This document shows, piece after piece, positions 18,852-26,483 of a stretch of DNA of 64,000 nucleotides (within the stretch, counting starts at the first letter, position 1; every line of letters starts with the position of its first letter). The stretch comes from Candidatus Dojkabacteria bacterium. Lineage in GTDB: Bacteria > Patescibacteriota > Dojkabacteria > J137. The position numbers were made by a program, and so were the translations under genes. The stretch lies in the NCBI GenBank assembly GCA_040006935.1, contig JBDTVZ010000003.1:66224-130223 (forward strand). Direction: 5' to 3'. A model generated the notes under the pieces. The model searched no databases. It was not told the DNA's origin and saw only the letters and a program-made list of their open reading frames with translations.

Positions 18852-20609
18852 ATGAAGAAAATTATTACAATATTTCTACTAACTGCCTTACTTGTATCTC
18901 CCCTACTCGCTAAGGTTAGTAATGCAGCCACGCTTAAGAGAACTTTTACAAGAGAATATGACGTTGTTGATGACCATATAGTTGTAAAGGAAAGTAAGAG
19001 TTTCCAATTTGATAGTAATGGGCTACTAGTCCCTGCAGGTTCGGATGAACAATTTACAATTTTTAATCCCATCAATATAGATCCCGATAGAGATAGTAAA
19101 CTTCAAAAGACAAAAGATTCAATTATACTTCTGGATGGTGATGGGAATAATTTAACGTATACAACAGAAGCTACCGATGGAGATAATTTATTAATAAAGT
19201 TTAAATTTCCCCGTGATATTAGCTTTTACACCCCCTACTCTGTTTCCTTAGAATATAATTCCTATGGTTTATTAGTAAAGAGTGGAAATATTAGAGATGT
19301 GTATGTTCCGGCATTTGCACAAGATTATGTTTTCAGTGATTCTCAGTATGAAGAAGATGTTGAAACAAAAGTTGTGATTCCAAAAAGTTTAGGTGAAATA
19401 AATTTTGTGTTGCCGAATTCTACAAGGACTGAAGATTCAGATAATTTTATAATTAACTTTAATAAGGAAGATTTAGTCGGACAAACTGGATGGATTCAGA
19501 TTGGGACAAAACAATATTATAACTTTTCAATAAAACAATCTTACGTTCAAACGTCTCCATTTGGATTTATTCAAAATAGTTATAAGATATTAATTCCTCG
19601 GGATATTAATGCAGGTGTGATTAAACAACGAGTCTACTTTTCAAAAATTTCTCCTGAACCTTATTCCGTTACTAATGATGAGGAAGGAAATTTATTTGCT
19701 GAGTTTAGAGTCCCATCGAACGAATCTGGAGATATACTAATTGAAGGGTATGCAGAACTTAACCAAGATAATTCGGTTGATTTTAAAAATTCTGGAAAAC
19801 TTTCAGATATTGATCCACAGATAGTTAAAGGTAACACTTCGTCTGCACAATATTGGGAATCCGATAGTCCAGAAATTAAAGCTGCAGTTGCAGAAATTTT
19901 TACAGGAAAAGATATAAACAGCATGAGTATTTATGATATTTCACAGACTATTTACAATTTTGTAATTAATAAAATTGACTACAGCAATATAAAAAGATTT
20001 GGAATAAATGCAAGGCAAGGAGCACTTGCAACTCTCAAAGGTGGGGCAGCGGTATGTATGGAGTATTCTGATCTATATATTGCACTTATGAGAGCAGTTG
20101 GAGTTCCAACTAGAGCTGCATTCGGATTTGGTTATTCAGCTTTGGATAATGCCGACGCAGGAGATAATACTATTAATCACCAATGGGCAGAAGTTTATAT
20201 TCCATCAATTAAAAGTTGGATTGGAGTTGATACAACATGGGGAGAAAATGGGAATATTCTAATAGGTGGAGACTTAAATCACTTCTATACTCATGTTGCA
20301 AATAAATCTCCTACAACCCCAAGTACAACTGAAGTAAGGATATTAGGTAATACAAATGAAATTCCCGAAAGAGTTTCTAATGTAGATGCGATAGCATCTA
20401 TTCCAACAACAGAATTAATTACTCCGGAAGAAATGAAAGTTAAATATATAAAACCAAATACTTTCGATATAAATAATTTACCCGATAGTTCCTACAATAC
20501 TTTCAAAGTTTTGCTCGCACTTTTGATTACAATCGCAATCATTGCGCCATTTATAATAAGAAGAAAGTTAAAAAGAAAGATCGTAATTAAATCAATGAAT
20601 ATAACGTGA
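18852..20609 (+). CDS. Secreted, C-terminally anchored transglutaminase-like protein
   Basis: Signal peptide; AVCMEYS, HQWAEVY, DTTW triad; C-terminal TM and basic tail. Confidence 0.85.
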   Translation: MKKIITIFLLTALLVSPLLAKVSNAATLKRTFTREYDVVDDHIVVKESKSFQFDSNGLLVPAGSDEQFTIFNPINIDPDRDSKLQKTKDSIILLDGDGNNLTYTTEATDGDNLLIKFKFPRDISFYTPYSVSLEYNSYGLLVKSGNIRDVYVPAFAQDYVFSDSQYEEDVETKVVIPKSLGEINFVLPNSTRTEDSDNFIINFNKEDLVGQTGWIQIGTKQYYNFSIKQSYVQTSPFGFIQNSYKILIPRDINAGVIKQRVYFSKISPEPYSVTNDEEGNLFAEFRVPSNESGDILIEGYAELNQDNSVDFKNSGKLSDIDPQIVKGNTSSAQYWESDSPEIKAAVAEIFTGKDINSMSIYDISQTIYNFVINKIDYSNIKRFGINARQGALATLKGGAAVCMEYSDLYIALMRAVGVPTRAAFGFGYSALDNADAGDNTINHQWAEVYIPSIKSWIGVDTTWGENGNILIGGDLNHFYTHVANKSPTTPSTTEVRILGNTNEIPERVSNVDAIASIPTTELITPEEMKVKYIKPNTFDINNLPDSSYNTFKVLLALLITIAIIAPFIIRRKLKRKIVIKSMNIT

Positions 20610-20647
20610 TGTTGTTATTCGAAGAATCAGAATGTATACTAAAATAT

Positions 20648-21322
20648 ATGAAATCATATTTACACACAGACATTCAAACTGATTCTAATTCTGTTTTTAC
20701 CAAGCTATATTCTTGGAAATCTCCAGAAAGATATTGGGTACCAAGGGACCGTGCTTGGTTTACTGTATATACCATCTTCTTCTTATTGATAATTCTAGCT
20801 GGAGTACTTTTAAAAGAATTCATTTTTATACTTGCAGTTTTAGCATTCGCATTCTTGTGGTTTGTAAATGCAATAATCCCCCCTGAAATCACTGAACATA
20901 CAATTACAACTATTGGTGTTAGAACTTATGGGAAGTTATATCGATGGAAGAGCATAAAACATTTCTGGTTTTCCGAAAAAGATGACGTAGTTTTTTTACA
21001 TTTAGATATTAAAGAAGACGACACAAAGACAATTACTAAGAGAATAACCTTAATTTTAAATGAGCCCGGACAAGATAACGTAATATTTGATTTCTTAATT
21101 CGATTTATTGATTTTGGCGAGAAAGAAGAGATCTCTTTCAGTTATTTAACAAGACTTACAGAAGGGAAATATTATGAAATTGAAAAATACCTTCCAGATG
21201 AAAAGATTAAAATAATGCACGACAAAAAAGATGACGTTAAAAAGAATACTAATGAAAATTCTTCAAACAAAGGCACCTCTCTTTTAGACAAACTCGCAAG
21301 CATCAAAAACTCCAGCAAGTGA
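20648..21322 (+). CDS. Membrane protein of unknown function
   Basis: Two TM helices then PH-like region (YRWKSIKHFWF). Confidence 0.7.
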   Translation: MKSYLHTDIQTDSNSVFTKLYSWKSPERYWVPRDRAWFTVYTIFFLLIILAGVLLKEFIFILAVLAFAFLWFVNAIIPPEITEHTITTIGVRTYGKLYRWKSIKHFWFSEKDDVVFLHLDIKEDDTKTITKRITLILNEPGQDNVIFDFLIRFIDFGEKEEISFSYLTRLTEGKYYEIEKYLPDEKIKIMHDKKDDVKKNTNENSSNKGTSLLDKLASIKNSSK

Positions 21323-21407
21323 TATAATCAACGTAAAATCTTGGTGATTCCGGCTGGAGCCAGGAGAATTTAAGTTCAATTCTTTATCTTAGCCTTATTC
21401 TTAAAAA

Positions 21408-21481
21408 GCATCTGTAGCTTAATTGGATAGAGCTTTGCTTTGCGGAAGCAATGGTTGTGAGTTCGAGTCTCACCAGGTGCA
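21408..21481 (+). tRNA. tRNA-Arg(GCG)
   Basis: GCATCTG/CAGGTGC acceptor; TTGCT-tt GCG ga-AGCAA; GAGTTCGAGTCTC. Confidence 0.92.
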
Positions 21482-21489
21482 ATATAAAG

Positions 21490-21552
21490 GATAAGATTAA
21501 GAATTTAGGAATATTAGGCCTTAATTCTGAATTCTTAAACTCAATTCTTAAT
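21490..21552. repeat. Degenerate 7-mer inverted array
   Basis: ATAAGA TTAAGAA TTTAGGAA ... CTTAATT CTGAATT CTTAAA CTCAATT CTTAAT. Confidence 0.6.
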
Positions 21553-21556
21553 ATTT

Positions 21557-21620
21557 GGAGAGGTGGCTGAGTGGTTGTCAGCCAGAGGCTGATCCGCCTT
21601 TGGCGGAAAAGTGCTCGTCT
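21557..21620 (+). pseudogene. 5' half copy of tRNA-Ser with 30-bp double-hairpin insert
   Basis: GGAGAGGTGGCTGAGTGGTTG[TCAGCCAGAGGCTGA TCCGCCTTTGGCGGA]AAAGTGCTCGTCT. Confidence 0.85.
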
Positions 21621-21650
21621 TGGGTCAAGGTAATATTATGCATGTAAATT

Positions 21651-21735
21651 GGAGAGGTGGCTGAGTGGTTGAAAGTGCTCGTCTCGAAAACGAGTGTTCC
21701 GCAAGGGATCGCAGGTTCGAATCCTGTCCTCTCCG
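21651..21735 (+). tRNA. tRNA-Ser(CGA)
   Basis: GGAGAGG/CCTCTCC acceptor; CTCGT-ct CGA aa-ACGAG; long variable arm. Confidence 0.95.
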
Positions 21736-21753
21736 TAGAACTTAGTACGCAGT

Positions 21754-21800
21754 GAATCCTGCTTGCCTGCCGGAATGAAATGAAGGCAGGTCCTCTCCGT
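21754..21800 (+). pseudogene. 3' end copy of tRNA-Ser with 29-bp hairpin insert
   Basis: GAATCCTG[CTTGCCTGCCGGAATGAAATGAAGGCAGG]TCCTCTCCGT. Confidence 0.8.
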
Positions 21801-21825
21801 TCTACTTTTCTGTTAAAATATTATC

Positions 21826-22242
21826 GTGATTGATAAAAAAATTAATAAAAAGAAAGATATTATTGTACCTGGTGGAGTCGATCAGTACATTGATAATCAG
21901 CCAGTAGAGGTTCAAGAAAAGTTAAATATTATTAGATCCACAATAAGGGAAGTCGCTCCAGGATCTATCGAAACTGTCAGCTATTTTCAAATACCTGGAT
22001 ATTCATACGAAGGCTATGACTACAACGGAATGTTTACCTGGTTCAGTTTCAGTAGTCCCAATATTCGCTTACATGTACGGCCACCTGTATTACAAAACTT
22101 TTCTGATGAAATTAAAGATTATACTAAAACTAAAGCGATTCTAAGCTTTCCCCTGAACGAAGAAATTCCCGTTAGTTTGGTAAAGAAACTTGTGAAAGCA
22201 AGTATTCAAGAAATGAAGGGAAAGAAGGAATCAAAGCAATAG
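21826..22242 (+). CDS. DUF1801/YdhG-like protein
   Basis: VDQYI...IRSTIREVAP...ETVSYFQIP...FPLNEEIPVSLVKKLVKA. Confidence 0.8.
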   Translation: MIDKKINKKKDIIVPGGVDQYIDNQPVEVQEKLNIIRSTIREVAPGSIETVSYFQIPGYSYEGYDYNGMFTWFSFSSPNIRLHVRPPVLQNFSDEIKDYTKTKAILSFPLNEEIPVSLVKKLVKASIQEMKGKKESKQ

Positions 22243-22308
22243 TTATAAACGGTGGCGGAAATAGAATGAAGACCCATACTCTCCGTCTCTTTTTGCTAAA
22301 ATAACTTT

Positions 22309-22617
22309 ATGAATAAAATTATTTCTGGTGGTGTAGCACACAAAATGCCAGCCGATTTACGAAAAGCTTTATCTTCTGACTCAAAAGCGCTTGCATCGTG
22401 GGAAAGCCTAACACCTCTTGCGCGTAATGAATGGATTTGCTGGACAATTGATGTTAAAAAAATTGAAACAAGAAATGAACATGTTGCAAGAGTTATCTCA
22501 GAACTCAAAGAAGGAATGCGAAGGCCCTGTTGCTGGTTAGGTTGTACTCATCGTAAAGACAAAGCAATAAGTCCTTCTGTGCAATTTGTATTAAACAAGA
22601 GATCGAAAGTTAAATAA
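22309..22617 (+). CDS. YdeI/OmpD-associated family protein
   Basis: MPADLRKAL...WESLTPLARNEWICW...KKIETR. Confidence 0.8.
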   Translation: MNKIISGGVAHKMPADLRKALSSDSKALASWESLTPLARNEWICWTIDVKKIETRNEHVARVISELKEGMRRPCCWLGCTHRKDKAISPSVQFVLNKRSKVK

Positions 22618-22672
22618 ATTTTAACCTTTATCTTTTTCTTATTATAATTACTACTAGCAGAAGTATTAATAT

Positions 22673-23008
22673 ATGAAAAAGTTCCTATTCATTTGTGGCA
22701 AAAATAAATTAAGAAGCCCTACTGCCGAATTTGTCTTCAGTGATTATAATGACATTGAAACAAGATCTGCAGGTATAAATAATGATGCTGAATATATTGT
22801 TTCTTCTAAAGATATTGAATGGAGTGATTATATTTTTTTGATGGAAAAGAAATATAAAGTGAAGTTAAAGAGTATGTTTAGTGATCTCCTTAAAAATAAA
22901 AAGATTGTCATTCTAAATATTCCCGACATCTATGGCTACATGGATCCTAAATTAATTAAGGAATTAAAAGTAAAAATGCAACCCTGGATATCTGTGATAA
23001 AAAGCTAA
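22673..23008 (+). CDS. Low-molecular-weight phosphatase family protein
   Basis: LFICGKNKLRSPTAE (Cx5R), TRSAG, IPDIY. Confidence 0.85.
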   Translation: MKKFLFICGKNKLRSPTAEFVFSDYNDIETRSAGINNDAEYIVSSKDIEWSDYIFLMEKKYKVKLKSMFSDLLKNKKIVILNIPDIYGYMDPKLIKELKVKMQPWISVIKS

Positions 23009-23094
23009 GTTATAGCCCTGTCCTCTCAAAATTTTTCAAGATCTCTGCTTGCACGCTATACCTCAAAATGTCAAAATAAGTTGGAGGACTTAAT

Positions 23095-24216
23095 ATGACT
23101 AGAAAAGAATTACACACATTAGCTTATTCCTTTTACGTACTAATTTTAGTATTCATTATAGCAGGACTCTATATTGGCTATGTCCCCATAGACCTTGGAA
23201 ACAATTTGCTTCATCTTCAAGAAGGAAACCTTATTTCCTTCAATCCTGAATTTGTCAGAAGAACTCAGGAAATATCTGCTGTCTATGTTTTATTTTCTAC
23301 CGTTATTAGTGCACTTGGTGCATTAGTTTCGATTGGAACACGAAATATTTTTGAGATACTTGCACTTTTTTTAGTTGGAATGCTTCCTAAAGAACATAAT
23401 CATTGGGGTGTTGTTTTTGACCAGAAAACAAATCAGCCAATCTCATTCGTACCTATTAGATTGTTTCAGACGAATGGAAATAAGAAAGAATTTCTTACAC
23501 AAACAGTCACTGATACAGATGGTCGATATAGATTGCATGTGAATGAAGCTAATGTAAACGAAAGGTATCTTATAGAAATATACTATCCAGGTTACGAAAC
23601 TATTTCACAGGATGTTAATCAGTATTTAATTCTTGGTAATTATGATTTGATTCATGATATTCCATTAGTGAAATCTGATTCGGTAACGAATAAACTGAAA
23701 TCACTTTTCTATTATTACCGTCCCAAAATACTTAAGTATTTATTTCTAATTATTTACTATAGCTATATTCTACTGTGGATTTTTAATATCTTTCTACTTA
23801 TTAATTCACCGATATTTCTTAACTTTTTTTCTGTTTGTGTCCTTACTATTACTTTAGTTTGGAATGTAAAAATACTTAGATCTAAGTTAAGACCAATCAC
23901 TGGAAAGATTATTGATGCCGAAGGTAAAAAACCCCTATCTAAAGCCATAGTTAAAATTTACACTAATAAAAACCAATCTATTTCTACTGTAACTGATGAG
24001 AGTGGGATTGTAAATTTAGATATACCATCAGGTGTTTATAAAATGCTTGTTAGTGCTGAGGGTTATTTAATGCTTTCCGAAGACCCTGTAGGTTTAAAGT
24101 TAGTAAAAGTAAGTAAGGATGGATTTATCGATGAAGATGTTTTACTAAAAAAAGATACTTCAAAAGCTACGAGCTCAAAGAAAGATGGTTCAGAACTCCT
24201 AAATCCTTTTGAGTGA
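23095..24216 (+). CDS. Membrane protein with two carboxypeptidase-regulatory-like (Ig) domains
   Basis: GVVFDQKT...TVTDTDGRY and GKIIDAEG...TVTDESG repeats with TM segments. Confidence 0.7.
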   Translation: MTRKELHTLAYSFYVLILVFIIAGLYIGYVPIDLGNNLLHLQEGNLISFNPEFVRRTQEISAVYVLFSTVISALGALVSIGTRNIFEILALFLVGMLPKEHNHWGVVFDQKTNQPISFVPIRLFQTNGNKKEFLTQTVTDTDGRYRLHVNEANVNERYLIEIYYPGYETISQDVNQYLILGNYDLIHDIPLVKSDSVTNKLKSLFYYYRPKILKYLFLIIYYSYILLWIFNIFLLINSPIFLNFFSVCVLTITLVWNVKILRSKLRPITGKIIDAEGKKPLSKAIVKIYTNKNQSISTVTDESGIVNLDIPSGVYKMLVSAEGYLMLSEDPVGLKLVKVSKDGFIDEDVLLKKDTSKATSSKKDGSELLNPFE

Positions 24217-24256
24217 TCTTTGTTAAGATTGTAAATATATAATTTAATCTAAAATT

Positions 24257-24523
24257 ATGGAACAAAAATTCTACAAACAATGCCAATCGTGCGGGATGCC
24301 ACTAGAAGATGGTAAAAATTCAGGCACAGAAAAAGATGGTAGCAAAAGTTTAAAATATTGCAATCTTTGTTATGCTAATGGAGAATTTTTGCAACCCGAT
24401 GCAACAATGGAAGGAATGCAAAAGATCACAGACGATGCATTAAAGGAAAAAGGTTGGTGGGCACCTTTAAGATGGATGGCAAAGATGCAAATTCCAAGCT
24501 TAGAAAGATGGGAAATTAAGTAA
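24257..24523 (+). CDS. Putative zinc-ribbon protein
   Basis: CQSCGMPL...GTEKDGS...YCNLCY, LERW. Confidence 0.85.
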   Translation: MEQKFYKQCQSCGMPLEDGKNSGTEKDGSKSLKYCNLCYANGEFLQPDATMEGMQKITDDALKEKGWWAPLRWMAKMQIPSLERWEIK

Positions 24524-25139
24524 TTATTGGCTTTAGAACCATTGCAGCATAGTTATCTGAGAAAGCTTCAACTTCAATCTGACGATAAGCCTCCTCTTGT
24601 TTTAGTCGTTCTTCTTTATCTTCAATATCTGATGGTCGTTTATTTGGAATGGGAAGTTGACTCAACGGCTTTTCTCCATAATTCCATTGATAACCTCCTA
24701 CGAAGTCAGTAACATTTATATTCATAAGATCTCTATTGTCCTGCGTGTACTTTTCAAAATGAAGTATATGTCCAAATTCATGGAGAAATATAAACAAAGT
24801 GACCAAATATGAGTTATTTCTCAAGAAGTCTTCGCTGATGTTAAGTTTTTGCTCAATAATTTTCAAAGAATATGGACGATTCAATTTTAAATATGAATAT
24901 AATTCATCTGGTTTTCTAAGATAATATAAATTCAAAGTTATTCGCGGATCAAGCTCTGTACGCTGATCATTCCATAGTTGTGCATAAGCAAGTCTATAGT
25001 AATTAGCGTTATCTTCGTATTTAATTTTCGTTCCTTCAAATTTTGAAAAAAATTCCTTAAATTTATCTTTACTTGATGGATACGCTTGATATATTTCTTG
25101 GAAGATATGATTCAGCTCTGAATATTTACTAACATCCAT
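24516..25139 (-). CDS. Hypothetical protein with HExxH motif
   Basis: FLHEFGH and downstream EAFSDNYA. Confidence 0.6.
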   Translation of the reverse strand: MDVSKYSELNHIFQEIYQAYPSSKDKFKEFFSKFEGTKIKYEDNANYYRLAYAQLWNDQRTELDPRITLNLYYLRKPDELYSYLKLNRPYSLKIIEQKLNISEDFLRNNSYLVTLFIFLHEFGHILHFEKYTQDNRDLMNINVTDFVGGYQWNYGEKPLSQLPIPNKRPSDIEDKEERLKQEEAYRQIEVEAFSDNYAAMVLKPIIT

Positions 25140-25158
25140 TTTGATAAAATAATAAATA

Positions 25159-25437
25159 TTATTTCTTCTTCCCAGTAAGATTCAGAGTATTTGAAGGATC
25201 ACTATGAGTTCCTCCGGAATTTACATGCTTGTCTCCTATTTGCGCTCCATTCTTAATTATATGAACAAGCGCCATTCCATGACCTCTTCCTAAATCGAAA
25301 TCGGCTTTTAACCATTCTAAAATAACTCCAGCTTTTGTGTTGGAATCAAAACCTTTCTCTTTAGCCATAGCAATGAAATCATTTGGTGTTTTTCCAGTTT
25401 TTACTTCAATATTATCTAAGTATGCTTGAAATGACAT
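25159..25437 (-). CDS. DUF4287 family protein
   Basis: MSFQAYLDNIEVKTGK...WLKADFDLGRGHGMALV. Confidence 0.85.
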   Translation of the reverse strand: MSFQAYLDNIEVKTGKTPNDFIAMAKEKGFDSNTKAGVILEWLKADFDLGRGHGMALVHIIKNGAQIGDKHVNSGGTHSDPSNTLNLTGKKK

Positions 25438-25505
25438 GATTAAAATTTAATATGTATATTTAGATTTTAGCAGACAGATACGTTGTTCTAAAGTAAAATA
25501 TTCAA

Positions 25506-25769
25506 ATGACAAAAGAAGAAATATTAAAACAATTTCAAAAAATACCTAGTGTAGGGAAAGCGGTTTCTGAGGATCTCTACTCTCTTGGTTATAGATCTGT
25601 CGAAGATTTAAAAGATGAAGATCCAGAAAGAATGTATGTGAAATTATGTGAACAAACTGGAATAAGAGTTGATAGATGCATGCTCTATACTTTTAGATGC
25701 ATTGTTTATTTTGCTTCAAACAAAACTCACGATCCTGAGAAGTTAAAGTGGTGGATTTGGAAAGATTAA
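25506..25769 (+). CDS. Helix-hairpin-helix protein (Cdd1-like)
   Basis: IPSVGK...DL...DPERMY..LC...DRCMLYTFRC...KWWIWKD. Confidence 0.8.
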   Translation: MTKEEILKQFQKIPSVGKAVSEDLYSLGYRSVEDLKDEDPERMYVKLCEQTGIRVDRCMLYTFRCIVYFASNKTHDPEKLKWWIWKD

Positions 25770-25813
25770 ATAAATTTTCTGATACAATATTCAATAATTA
25801 TTAATTTTCCTTC

Positions 25814-25957
25814 ATGACAAAATCTTCAAAAATCACAATTATAATTCTCTCTATACTTCTTGTTGCTAGCATTCTTCTAAATTTAGGTCTCGGTTTCATT
25901 GCACTAGACCGAACAATACGAGTTAATGAACTTCTTGGTGGAAATGACGGTCCATAA
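25814..25957 (+). CDS. Small single-TM protein (47 aa, not in ORF track)
   Basis: MTKSSKITIIILSILLVASILLNLGLGFIALDRTIRVNELLGGNDGP fills the gap. Confidence 0.55.
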   Translation: MTKSSKITIIILSILLVASILLNLGLGFIALDRTIRVNELLGGNDGP

Positions 25958-26021
25958 CTCTCCATTTGTCTTTAAATTCAAAATATATCATAATAAACAC
26001 TGATAATATTTTTATACTTAT

Positions 26022-26483
26022 TTGACCTTGAGTAAGAAAGCAGCTGTTATATATGCAACCCATGGAGGAAATGCAGAACTTGTTGCAGAAGCATTAGCGG
26101 ATGGACTAATTGAATCAAAAGTTGAAGTTGATTGTTTAAGGTCAGAACAAACTAAAGCAACCGATTTACTGTCTTATGATTTTGTAGTTTTAATCTGCTC
26201 TACTTATGATGTAGGGCATTTGAATGACAAAATGATTAGATTAAACAATGAGTTAAGAAGTTCTGGAGATACTTTTAAAGGAAAGCAAATTGAAATTATT
26301 GGATTAGGAGACTTAGAGCATTATGATATTTTTTGTGGAGCAGCAGATATTTTAGAAGAAACAGTAAAATTAATTGGTGCTGTTCAAAAAACAGATACTG
26401 TCAGATTTAGTGGTTATCCCTACGAAAAACTTATAGAGTTTAAAAAGTGGGGAATGGAATTAAGTAAATTATGGAAAGACTAA
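26022..26483 (+). CDS. Flavodoxin
   Basis: YATHGGNAELVA, CSTYDVG, GLGD..YDIFCGA. Confidence 0.88.
   Translation: MTLSKKAAVIYATHGGNAELVAEALADGLIESKVEVDCLRSEQTKATDLLSYDFVVLICSTYDVGHLNDKMIRLNNELRSSGDTFKGKQIEIIGLGDLEHYDIFCGAADILEETVKLIGAVQKTDTVRFSGYPYEKLIEFKKWGMELSKLWKD

Noticed and set aside
21343-21362. GGTGATTCCGGCTGGAGCCA as another tRNA 3'-end fragment
   Set aside because: It matches none of the tRNAs in the window and has no T-loop consensus.
21826-25957. Prophage or anti-phage defence island
   Set aside because: No phage structural, integrase or recognisable defence genes; contents are common small accessory proteins.
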